This document shows, piece after piece, positions 1 through 11,084 of a stretch of DNA of 36,048 nucleotides; the first letter of the stretch is position 1, and each line of letters opens with the position of its first letter. The position numbers and the translations under genes are program-made. Source of the DNA: Octopus bimaculoides (lineage: Eukaryota). The DNA is taken from NCBI RefSeq assembly GCF_001194135.2, contig NC_068981.1, positions 99,542,548-99,578,595 on the forward strand, given 5' to 3'. Under the pieces are notes generated by a model. It saw nothing but the letters and a program-made list of their open reading frames with translations. It did no database searches and had not been told where the DNA came from.

Positions 1-491
1 TTTTTCAAAACTTTTTTTTCAGAATCGGTATCTCCATAGCCTAAAACGTGGGATTCCGTAAAAAAATTAATAAATAAGGAGGGGAAAGGTTCAGATTACA
101 TATAGTCCATCTTTACCTATATGCATAACATAAATAATATATGCATATATCCATACATATATGTACATACCTACATCTATATGTATACATACAGGCATAT
201 ATGGGTACAGGACATCACAAAAAACGTTAAACACAATGAGAAACAAAGACGAAGACAGAAAACGNNNNNNNNNNTATTTTCCATATCGAAGATAAATATT
301 TGCCGAAACTGACACAAAACACGGTACTTGTTGTTTAACGACGGTCCTTTGTAATATATCCGTTAAAAGAGAAGGAAAATAATATATTATACAACGCACA
401 TTAATGTCAGTGAACCAAAGCGAATACTCGAAAGAACCACGTGCTGAGAGATTGTACTTGTAGAGATAGAAATTTGTGCTAAGTATTATTC

Positions 492-640
492 TTTGTTTAC
501 ATTCTAAGAATTTACGACAAAATAGTTTCTCTCACATTTGTTTGTTTACATTCTGAAATTTTACGATAAAATCGTTTCTCTCACACAATAGTTTAGTTTA
601 TTTACATACTGAGAACCTAAGGTGAAAATCTTCCCTTTTA
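492..640 (+). repeat. About 49-56 bp degenerate tandem repeat (3 units) upstream of LINE ORF1
   Basis: tttgtttacattct..a.tttacga.aaaat.gtttctctcaca at 492 and 541; a weaker third unit at about 597. Confidence 0.7.
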
Positions 641-1034
641 CTAAAGTTTTCACTCAATTTTCCTTATAGTCACCTCGTTTTACACTTTCTCAAAAATTTC
701 TATTCTTATCCCATCTTCTCTCCTTCAATTTTCTCTCTTAGTTTCTCTGTTTCTCACTCCCGCTCTCTTCCGTGATATATATTCTTCATTTTTCTTTTTC
801 ATTTTCATTTTTTTTCTTCTTGAGTTATCTTCTCTCTCTTTCTCATACTTCTCTATTCCTATCACATCCTCTCTCTATCTATCAAAATTCCCTATTTTGT
901 ACTCTGTACGCATTCTCTATTCCTGTACATTTTCTCTACTTCGTATTCTCCCCCCCCTCTATATCCTCTTTTCTTTCTTTCTATTAGTATTTCTCTATAC
1001 TCTAAGATAACTTCTCTCTCAAATACCGTGCACT

Positions 1035-1989
1035 ATGGATACCAGCAGACGAAGCTTTATACAGCGCCAAATTGAAGCTAACAAGAAGAAGATGCACCGA
1101 AACTGGAAATTAGAGGAAATTCGCCTTCTTGTACAAGCATGGAACTTGGCCAAAGGATCACCAGCAAATGATCTAATAGCTGAAACCTTGGATAGGTATA
1201 ATTTCTACAGATCAATGGCTCAAATTGAACAGAAGAAACAGGAGCTCATACGCTCCTACGATCTCATAAAACCACATCTTGACCTAGAAGGCATTATGAG
1301 AGACACAGACTGTAAAAAGGACAATGAAGACCCTGCACATTGCTCAAACTCAGGAAGGCCAAACAGATGACCGAAACAAAGCAAATGCTACCAGTGCTAT
1401 AGTCACTACTGAAAGCTGCAATGGCCATAGTGAATTCAACCAACACAGCACCACACCAAACGACAGAGACAGGAGAACAGACAAAGAAATGGTGAACACA
1501 AACAAGCTTCAAGCCCAAGCATGTTATGCAAAGGAAAAGAAACAGATAATCTGTAAATTCTATCTAAATGGTACCTGTTGGCATGGGGAAAAGGGAGCAA
1601 ACTGCAAATTTTCCCATCCCAAACACCACCAGCTAAACAAGCTAGATGACCACTCACAACAAAATAAGTGGGAGCGCAGAAAAGGGAGACCAAAAAGCTT
1701 AAACATGCATACCCATAATCCACCAAGAACCAACAAGACTCACGAAGAAAGAAGTCCATATATTCCTTCTGCTCTCAACAAAAGGCTATATGCAGAGGCT
1801 GTGCGAACTGCAGCAGCTGAACAGCAAGCTTTTTTAAGTATGGCCCAGAAAATAGTGCTTCAACTAACATGGGTACAGAGTCAACACCACACAAACCACT
1901 ATCCAAGACCACCACAGACGATGGATCAAGGATGGCCACCACTAACACCAGGAACCCCTGCACAGGTATCACACCCATATTCCTACTGA
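1035..1989 (+). pseudogene. LINE ORF1 with a Myb/SANT-like (trihelix) domain and a CCCH zinc finger; one frameshift
   Basis: ORF 1035-1370 has WKLEEIRLLVQAW...IAETLDRYNFYRSMAQIEQKKQELIRSY. ORF 1324-1989 has CKFYLNGTCWHGEKGANCKFSHP (C-x7-C-x8-C-x3-H) and YAEAVR. A TGA at 1297 in the second frame places the shift between 1300 and 1370. Confidence 0.75.
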
Positions 1990-2900
1990 ATATCTGGGGC
2001 CTATTACGAACAGGCGGCAAAGACAAGTTTCTATACCTGAAAGACCTAGTTACATGCAATCAAGCAATATGCATGGTGCTTACTGAAACGCATCTAACAT
2101 CTAATATAGCAGATGCAGAGATAAACATACCAGAGTATGCCGTACTCCGAACAGACAGAAAGGATAGAAGTCATGGGGGAGTTGCAATGTACATCCGAGA
2201 AGATGTCACACCCCTACTACTCCTATCACACTCAAGCTCTGTTTGTGATACTTTAATAGTACACATAAAACAAATTGATGTATTGTATGCTCAATATACC
2301 GTCCACCAAATTCCGCAAAGCAGGAGGGTAAATCTGAGGATAGCCTCAGACGCATAGAAGAGGTCTTGATAAATCTGGACCAATACATCAATATACTTTT
2401 CCTAGGCGACTTTAACCTCCCAAATGTTAAATGGCCTGAAGGTCACATCCTCTCTGAGATGTCACTGCATGAACAAAGCCAGGCAAAATCTTTGTTAGAA
2501 CTCTCCAACATGCTGTTCATGGAACAAGTGATACTCCAACCAACCAGGGGAAGCAATATTTTAGATCTCTGCTTCACAAACAATGTGAGCCTAATCTGTA
2601 ATGTGAAAGTAACACCTACATCTCTCTCAGATCATAACATTATAGAATTAACTATGTATGGTCCTAGACAACCCACTGACACCCACCCCATCAGGAGGAC
2701 TCAAGCCATATCTAACCTGAATTTCCACAGGGCGGACTGGAAATCAATTTGCAAAGAGATTTGAAATCAAAACTGGCATGCCAATTGAATTCCTAGAGAC
2801 AGGAAAATCCTTATAAGACACAGAACAAAGGTCTCAAACCAGTTAAAAAGAGAACTGGAGGATAGGAAAAGGGCTAAATTAAAACTAGAGCAATCGAAAA
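1966..2900 (+). pseudogene. LINE ORF2 N-terminus: AP-type endonuclease, frameshifted near 2280, stop at 2762
   Basis: Motifs LLNIWGL, LTETHL, RTDR..RSHGGVAMYI, then after the frameshift VCSIYRPPNS, LGDFNLP, PTRGSNILDLCFTN, SDHNIIEL. Confidence 0.93.
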
Positions 2901-3224
2901 CTGCCTTTCTTATAAGAAATAGTAGGCTCCCAGAGCTGGTGATTAATTTCCCACACAAGGAAAAATAAACTGTTGTGCCAACATGATTGGACAGCTGGAA
3001 ACTGACCAATACAAATAACAGGTTCGTTTAATCACAATGCCATGTGATCTGCTGGACCGAAAAGGGCCTGTGGAGCCGACATTCAGGTATTTAAGCCTAG
3101 AGGAGTCAAAACAAAAATATCCCACACATAGTGACAGTGTATTTCACTTCTGCTACATGTGTGTGCACGCGCGCTTGCACGTGCATATTTTATATATGTA
3201 TATTATATGTACATTAGTTTGTCA

Positions 3225-3740
3225 TTGACAACGACCAAGGACATCACATTTGAGAAGAAGATGGAGTCAATCAGTTTGATGTGTGCTCGGAAGCCTCTGC
3301 TGCAGGTCAGGCACTAGTTGTCTGCTGGGGCTGAAGATAAAGAGTTGGCTCTGAACTTGTGCAGCTCATGTTTTCTTTGTGCCCCTGTTTGTAGGAGGTG
3401 TCACCTCTGTTATGCTTGTGTTTCCCAGGTGTTGGGGTTGATTTGAAAGCTCTTCAGTGAGGCTTTGAGTATATCCTTGAAGTGCTCTTTCAGTCCACCT
3501 GGCATGCACTTGCTTTCTGGTAGTTCACTGTAAAACAGTCACTTGGGGAGTTATTTGTCAAGCATTCGAACAAGCTGGCCTGCCCACCTTCTTGCATTCT
3601 CCTCCGTTGTGTGTAAATGCTCCATGCCTGGGACCTTGTCTTGCCAGGTGATTTCAACAGCTTTCTCTTGCAGTTCGTGTGGAAGCAGTTTAGCTTTTTG
3701 TTATGGCATTTATAAATGCCAACTTGAGAAGTGCCATGAA
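3225..3740 (-). mobile_element. 3' end of an RTE (BovB-like) LINE, decayed
   Basis: Minus-strand translation across frameshifts: KKLNCFHTNC.RKLLK, QLVRMLDK.LPK.LFYSELPESKCMPGGLKEHFKDILKASLKSFQINPNTWE. This matches the RTE ORF C-terminus. Confidence 0.85.
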
Positions 3741-3778
3741 CAGAATACATACATTAATATATGTATGTATGCATGTAG

Positions 3779-3830
3779 ACAGACAGATAGATAAATAGAT
3801 GGATGGATAGATAGATAGATAGATAGATAT
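3779..3830. repeat. (AGAT)n-type microsatellite
   Basis: Tandem agat/ggat/agac units. Confidence 0.95.
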
Positions 3831-4623
3831 TTCTTTGTTATCTGAATACATTACCCTACAGTGATTCTTAAAATGTTGTGATATGATAACATTTATGTAT
3901 CACTTTGACTACCTATCTCTATTATTACAAATTTCTATGGCTAGATATCTATATTACAACAAAGCTCAGTAACAAATGTAATGTTCAAGCATCAATTATT
4001 CAACTTATCAACTCAATAGAGTATCAGCTGACCAATTAAAAATTTAAAGGCTGAAACCCTTGTCACTGACATTCTACTTTGTTCAAAGCCAATACATTTA
4101 ACTTTCACTAGTTCAATCCACTTTACTAGTTAGGGTAGAACAGTTCACAGAAATTAGTTAAAAGTGGTCAGCATGTAACTGAGAAATGTTTCATTAATTT
4201 GAAATAGAGAGCAATAAATCATCCTCTCATATAAAACATTCTATCCATGTGGAGAAGCATTTCTCAATCTATTAGCACATTCAGATATATGATCATCTGC
4301 AAGTTACCTTAACATTGAGGTAGGAAATTTAAAAAAATGTATTGAATATAAATTTCCTTGACATTTGAATATCTAGATGACATTTAACATCCACAAAGCA
4401 GAAGGTAAACTTATTACTTCTAAGTTGATTTTTATCATATTACAAACTAGGATTTCCAACATATTTTTCTTTGCTAGATATTGATAGCATTAAATTAGCA
4501 TATATATATATTTAAAAATCAAACTGTAACAAAAGATAACAGCCAGCTGCAATAGCAACAATTAGTGAAAAATTCTCAGTTTTACCTCATAGATACAATA
4601 GGTAACATTACATGTTTATTCAT

Positions 4624-4754
<131 letters not shown>

Positions 4755-4756
<2 letters not shown>

Positions 4757-5560
4757 AGGGTAAGACAAAAATTATATGCACCCTTGTTTAGTTTATTAAC
4801 AAAAGCAGGTGTTGAACAATTAAATCATTTTTCAACATAGTCTTTCCTTGTTTTTCAATGCACTTCTTCCAGTGGTCCACAAGCTTGCTTATTCCACTGG
4901 AGAAGATTTTGGCTGGTCATGTAGCCATTTATGCACTGCTTCTCGTGCTTCTTTGTCTGTAACAAATCGATGACTCAGTAAAGGATGTTTGAGTGGTCCA
5001 AAGATATGATAGTTGGAAGAGGCTAGATGTGCACTATGTGCAGGATGTTACAGCAACTCAAAACTCAATTTTTCAGTGGTTTCAATGATGTGGATGGCCA
5101 TATATGGGTGTACATTGTTATGCAGTATTAACACTTGATTTGACTAATGACTTTGGTGTTTTGTGAATTACTGGTTTCAGTTTGTTGGCCAGCATTTCAC
5201 TCTCACCTACACTGGTGACTGGAGACACCTTTTCCAGGTAATGTTCCAATATAGTCCCTTTTGTGCCCCCAAAACTGGTTAGCATCAGTTATTCTGTGGA
5301 AGGTTGAATCTTGAATTTCTTTTTGGCTGGTGATTCCAGATCTTTCCATGTCATACTCTGCTTTCTTTATTCTGGCTCAAAGTGATTGCTGCAGGTCTTA
5401 TCTCATGTGACTATTCTCTCCAAAAAAGCTTTGCTTTCATCATTATAGCAATCAAGTAAATGTTGACAGATCTCCATACTATTATGCTTATTTTCTTTAG
5501 TATGCTTTCTTGGTACTCATCTTTCAAGGACTTTTGTTGGTTGGTCTGAGGTGATGACTG
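4755..5560 (-). mobile_element. Mariner transposon relic: transposase C-terminal portion plus one TIR
   Basis: Minus strand reads R*VPRKHT (WVPxxL), FLERIVT*DK (VTGDE), HFEPE*RKQSMTW, KKFKIQPS, LH-N--HP, HPAHSAHLASSNYHIFGPLK (YSPDLAP motif) and WKKCIEKQG-DYVEK*, with the stop at 4825-4827. A TIR-like caagggtaagacaaaaattat lies at about 4755-4785. Confidence 0.92.
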
Positions 5561-6727
5561 ATTGAGTTGATGAATAAAACTGTGTGAAGTAACTGACATT
5601 GGTCTTTTACAAACAAATAATAACAGCAATAGTTATTACTAGGAGAGGCATACTGCTAGGAGTTTATAGCAGTATTGCTTAATAGACCAATCATATGAAG
5701 CTACTGTGGTTTGATCATGATGCATGACTGGTTACCAAGCAGTTCGATTTTGAATCACTCTACAAATAGTCTTTAGATATTATATGTTGTGGTGTCATCT
5801 AATGAGACTCTCAGAAGGTTGTTATGTTCTTGTGGTGATAGGAACCTGGTAAAGAATGTATTAAACACAAGGTGGTAACTTTAACATGTTTATTGTGGTC
5901 AGATGAATAGAATGGTCGATGGACTTTTATATATATTTACAGGCATCTGCATGGGTTGTATGCAGGCTGTTAACCCTGGTGAAAAGCTCACGAACAGCGA
6001 TATAGGAATCAGGGCAGTGTGTTGGTGCTATGTAGATATTGACGATGTTGGTGAGAGACATCTGGTGTGGCGATGAAGATGGAGGTTGCTGCAAAGTGGT
6101 CAGTGGTTAGGCCTTAGAAAGTCTGGAACCAACTGACATTGAGTCTAGGAAGAGGTGAGCTTTTATAGCTGATGGGTAGGCTCAAATGCTTGTTTGGAAC
6201 AGACTGTCTCACATGACTTATTTGCAGGTTGTGATTGGTTGGGTTGCATATTGGCAAATTATTTATTGGGCACTTTCAGTGAGTTATACCTTCCTTAGAT
6301 GTGTTGAAATATACTCTACTGAGATGCTGTGAGTCTCACTGAGACAGACAATGTTACTCAGAATTTAATTCCATGAGCACTTTACAAAATATCCACTGCC
6401 TTGAAAGACAATAATAACCCAGTAGGATGCAAATCAGCCAGTCACATTACAGTTGCTCATCTCACATGGTTTCATGTATAATCCCATGTGATTTACTGTT
6501 ATCTGTTCACCGGTCACAGAGAATAGATTTTAGACACTGCCTGAAGATGTGATTAGTCATAAACAAATGTTTATCACAGAAGCCATGAAAAAGTAGCACA
6601 CCCTATTTTTTTATATGCTACATAAATATATGTGTACATTTTAGATTAATGTTATTGCCCAGAGTAATTCCTTACTATTTATTACTATCTGTTGAGCATT
6701 TTCAGTGTATTATTTCTTCATTTAAGA

Positions 6728-7012
6728 ATCTTTTATCATTTACTTGTTTCGGGCATTAAACTGTGACTATGCTGTGGCACTGCCTTGAAGAATTTTTCGG
6801 TGAATGAATCAACCATAGTACTTATTTTTTTCTTCTTTGTTTGTTAAGCCTGGTACTTATTCTATTGGTCTCTTTTGCCAAACTGCTAGTTTAGGGGGAT
6901 ATAAACACCCCCAACACTGGTTGTCAAGCAGTGATGGGGGGGAAAACACAGACATGAAGACACAGACACACACAACACACACAACACACATACACACACA
7001 GATATGTTTATA

Positions 7013-7043
<31 letters not shown>

Positions 7044-7187
7044 TATATGATGGGCTTCTTTCAGTTTCTGTCTACAAAATCCACCCATAAGGCTTTGGTA
7101 ATCTGAGGCTATAGTAGAAGACACTTACCCAAGGTGTTACGCAATGGGACTGAACCCAGAACCATGTGGTTGGGAAACAAGCTTCTT
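6728..7187 (-). mobile_element. tRNA-derived octopus-type SINE, family A, with an internal microsatellite
   Basis: Colinear with 17512-17894. Reverse complement shows B-box ggttcagtccc and accttgggtaagtgtcttctactatagcc. Confidence 0.9.
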
Positions 7188-7958
7188 GTTGTGTTCTTGA
7201 GGATCCTATTTACACACACACACACACACTCATAACCACACAGAGATTTAAAATAAAAGTAAGTTATTGAAGTAGTCACAATATTTGAAAAACCAAAAAA
7301 CATAAAAAATTTTCTTAATTTAAAAGAATTTAAAGAAAATTATCAAAACAGATTGGCTCCACTCTGATTAATAATATAATGAAAACTGTTAGCTGTTGTG
7401 TCAGCTTTTCAAACAGTAATCTATATTTTGTAGAAATTATCACTAATTCTTTCCAGTTTAATTTCAGATGAAAAATCTTTATAAAATATTTTGATAAAGG
7501 GGAATATTTTAGATTTTGCATTTGCACATACAAAAATACAGAGAGTATTCTTATGGATCCATGATTTACTGCATGCGTACTCTAAGCTTATTTGTTTTGT
7601 TCCTGTTTGACTGATTTAGTTCTCTTTTCTTGCATTGCAATCATGTAATGAAGTTAGATCTTTTGATTTGCAATTCATATTTGCATTGGCTTTGAACTTT
7701 TCCATTGTTGAATTTATAATTTCATCCTGTTTGGTAAAGTCACTTTCTGCAACAAGTTTCACATATTGGGTTACATTCTTAATTTCTTTTGGTGTAAATG
7801 ACTTACTTTTGTTAAGACTTTCTTAAGATTAGGGTGTTGTTGCCAACAGTTAATAATCTCAGATTTAACTTTACTCAGATTTGATGAATGGTGTGTAGGA
7901 TTAGAAGCTCACTTTCACCTTTACGTTTTTTTTTTTAATTAAAAACGTTATCTTAGTT

Positions 7959-8185
7959 TTAACTCTTTAGCATTTAGACCAGTCATATCTGGTCAAAATA
8001 TGATACCGGTTCTATGTACTGACTGGCCATTTTCAGCCTCTCACACTCAACCTATGTTGCCGTACTAAAAATATAGAAGCACATCATTGAATCTCAACAC
8101 AGAAAGATAATGCATGAGTAGATCAAAATAATGCGAATAAATAAGCATTACATTTGACGGATGAATCTGAATGCTAAAGGGTTAA
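7959..8185 (+). mobile_element. Non-autonomous piggyBac-type MITE
   Basis: TTAA|C(T)CTTTAGCATT...AATGCTAAAGGG|TTAA; colinear with 15151-15376. Confidence 0.85.
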
Positions 8186-8277
8186 AATAACTTTGTATCA
8201 TTCTGTGTATATGAAATTTAGACCGAATTAAAACACAAAACACTTCATGGTACATACATACATATGTATATCATTAT

Positions 8278-10290
8278 CATCATCATCATTTAACGTCTGT
8301 TGTCTATGCTGGCACAAGGTGGATGGTTTGATTGGGCTGGCATGCTGGAAGGCTGCACAGACTCCAGTCTAATTTGGCATGGTTTTCTATGGCCGGATGC
8401 CCTTCCTAACGCCAACCACTCTGAGAGTGTAATGAGTGCTTTTACCTGCTACTGGCACGGGTGCTATTTGCTTGACACCAAGGTGCTTTTATGTGCCACT
8501 GGCATGGGTGCCAATTTGCCTGACACTGATATCTGCCATAACTGCAATTTTGCTCTGCTTGATAGGTTTTCTTCTCAAGCATGACATAATACCAAAGGTC
8601 TCAGTCACTGCCTCTGTGAAGTCCAACATTTTACCTCTGTGAGGCCCAATGCTCATAAGGAACTCAGCCACTTTGCCTCCATGATGGTCAATGCTTGGAA
8701 GGTGTTCTTTACATGCCATCAGCATGGGTGTACTTGGCTTGATGGGTCCTCTTAAGCACAGCACATCACCAGAGGTCTTGGTCACTAGTCATTACCTCTG
8801 TGAGGCTCAAAGTTCAAAGATCATGCTTCACCACCTCGTTCTATGTCTTTCTGGGTTTACCTCTACCACAGGTTCCCTCTACAGTTAGAGATTGGCACTT
8901 CTTCACACAGCTGTCCTCATTCATATGCATCACATGATCATACCAGCACAGTCGTCTCTCTTGCACACCACATCTGATGCCTCTTATGCCTAACTTTACT
9001 CTCAAGATGCTTACACTCTGTCAACTATGCACACTGACGTTGCACATCTAGTGAAGCATATTGACTTCATTTTTTCAAGCCTACACATGTCCTCAGCTGT
9101 CACAGCCCATGTTTCACTGCCATGCAGCATAGCTGTTTGCACACAGGCATCAAACAATCTGCCTTTCATTTTGAGAGAGAAGCCCTTTGTTGCCAGCAGT
9201 GGTAGGAACTCTCTGACCTTTGCCCATCCTAAACTTATTCTCACAGCTACACTCTTGGAGCATCCACCTCCACTTCTAACTTGGTCACCTAGATAACGGA
9301 AGCTATCTACTACCTCTGGCTTGCCCCACTGGCAGTTGATGGAGTCTATTTTCTATCTGTTTTCAGCATTTATTGTACCTGTATATCTTCCACATACAAA
9401 AGATAGTTTCACTGGTAACCTTCCCCTGATATTGCTGCACCATTTATGTGTGCAAAGCTTACACTGGGTGCATCTTATGGAGTTTCTATCTACACCTTTT
9501 CTACAGATTAAGCAGGGCCATCTACTTGAAGGGATTTGTGATTTGCTTGCCTTCCTACTTACTATGACTTTGGTTTTTACTAGGTTAACTCTAAGGCTCT
9601 TTGATTCTAGACCTTGCTTTCATACCTGGAACTTCTTCTCTAGTTCATGTAGTAATTTTGCTATAAGAGCAAGGTCATCGACATAGAGGAACTCCCAGGG
9701 GTATCCTGTCTTGAATTCCTCTGTTATTGCTTGGAAGACTATGATGAACAATATGGGGCTGAGCACCAATCCTTGTTGAACCACTACTTGTACCCTGAAT
9801 TCTTCGCTGTACTCATTGCCGACCCTCACCTTACTGGTAGCATTCCTGTACATAGTTTGTACAGCTCTCGCCAACCACTCACCTATCCCTAGTTTCCTCA
9901 TTGACGACCAGATAAGGGATTGCGGTGGGTGGGTTTTGGGGCCTGTCAAAGGCTTTCTCCAAGTCAACAAAGGCCAAGTACAGAGGTTTATCTTTGGCTC
10001 TCTGCAGCTGCCTCACCAGAAATGTAGCATCAGTGGTGCTTCTCCCTGGCACAAAACCAAATTGCATCTCATCTAAACTAACTCTCTCCCTAAGTTGGGC
10101 TATGACTCTCTCTGTAACTTTCATCACCTGATCCAGCAATTTGATACCTCTGAAATTATTTCTGTCTAAGGCATCACCTTTACCTTTATAGCAGTTGACT
10201 ATGGTGCTGCTACATCATTCATTGGGTATGACTCCTTCGTGAATCACCTGATTTACAATATGGCTGACCAGACCATAACCACATGGCCTT
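8278..10290 (-). mobile_element. 5'-truncated RTE LINE: RT, PHD-like finger, 3'UTR and (ATG)n tail; frameshifts and stops
   Basis: YKGKGDALDRNNFRGIKLL, QFGFVPGRSTTDA, FVDLEKAFDR, QQGLVLSP.LF, LYVDDL, VNLVKTK, FRYLGD, MLHGSETW, GKPRKT. Tail is catcatcat on the plus strand at about 8278. Confidence 0.96.
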
Positions 10291-11084
10291 TGGGGAGAAA
10301 TCTCTTGCTATATTGGTAGCGATTACATATTTTTCTCATCAACACATTGTGGAGATATCATCATATGAACATATATATATATATATACATTATAATGGGA
10401 CACAATTGTGTTTTTGGATTCATTAATTTAAATGTTCATATCCTTATGTTTGAGGTGTCTGGGGCCTCTGATACAACCACTATTCTTCCACTGATTGTGT
10501 CTTCCTCTTCTTTTCAGGATAAATAGGATCAGAGGGTTCTGAGTAACCTTTCTATCTGATTTGTTGATGAGGTTGACTTCTTTTGCTTCTTCACATGCAC
10601 TCATGGGTAGAAAAGGTTTATTCCTGGAGTTGTATTTCTAGTGTCACTGCCTTCCAAAGCTGGCATACTTCACTTTTGCACTCATATAGACACCACCAGT
10701 TTTGTTCGTGTGAATGCAATCATTATGTATGCTTAATTCAATTAGTTTAAGCTGAATTATGATAACTGATAGCTTATGGTCATTGTGGTCAAGAGTTATA
10801 AAAATTTGAGTGAATTAGAACCCTGCATATTAATTTCTAGCTGATGTTTGTTATATTTGTATGGATATAACCCTAAACATTCTTAGCTGGAAATAAAAAA
10901 ATAGAAATTCAGATTTACTCATTATATACATTTGTGTTAAGAAACACAATTATATCTAGGCACTACATACACATATTTGAATATTTATGACTATAATTAT
11001 TTTTCAATTTAGTCTGCCTAAAATCTAGTTTTGTGAACATTCTAGTGAAATATTGTATACAATGAAGTCCTGATGGTTATATTG

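Larger units (their letters stand above)
490..2900 (+). mobile_element. 5' portion of a CR1/L2 (Jockey-group) non-LTR retrotransposon: putative 5'UTR, ORF1 and endonuclease; RT absent
   Basis: ORF1 at 1035-1989 overlaps an AP-endonuclease frame. After the EN come LNFHRADW and an IPRDRKIL-type linker. No RT motifs are seen downstream. The 5' boundary is a guess. Confidence 0.85.

Noticed and set aside
2900-3140. Possible Penelope pseudo-LTR fragment after the LINE
   Set aside because: The resemblance is limited to a short ctgctggaccgaaa motif.
5700-6560. Possible Penelope-like or LINE endonuclease relic
   Set aside because: Only fragmentary motifs (HFYS-H-like, LNSLH-like, ctgaagatg) in inconsistent order and strand; cannot be assigned by eye.
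7590-7900. Minus-strand open frames with splice-like signals
   Set aside because: Competing frames, no polypyrimidine tract and no recognisable product.
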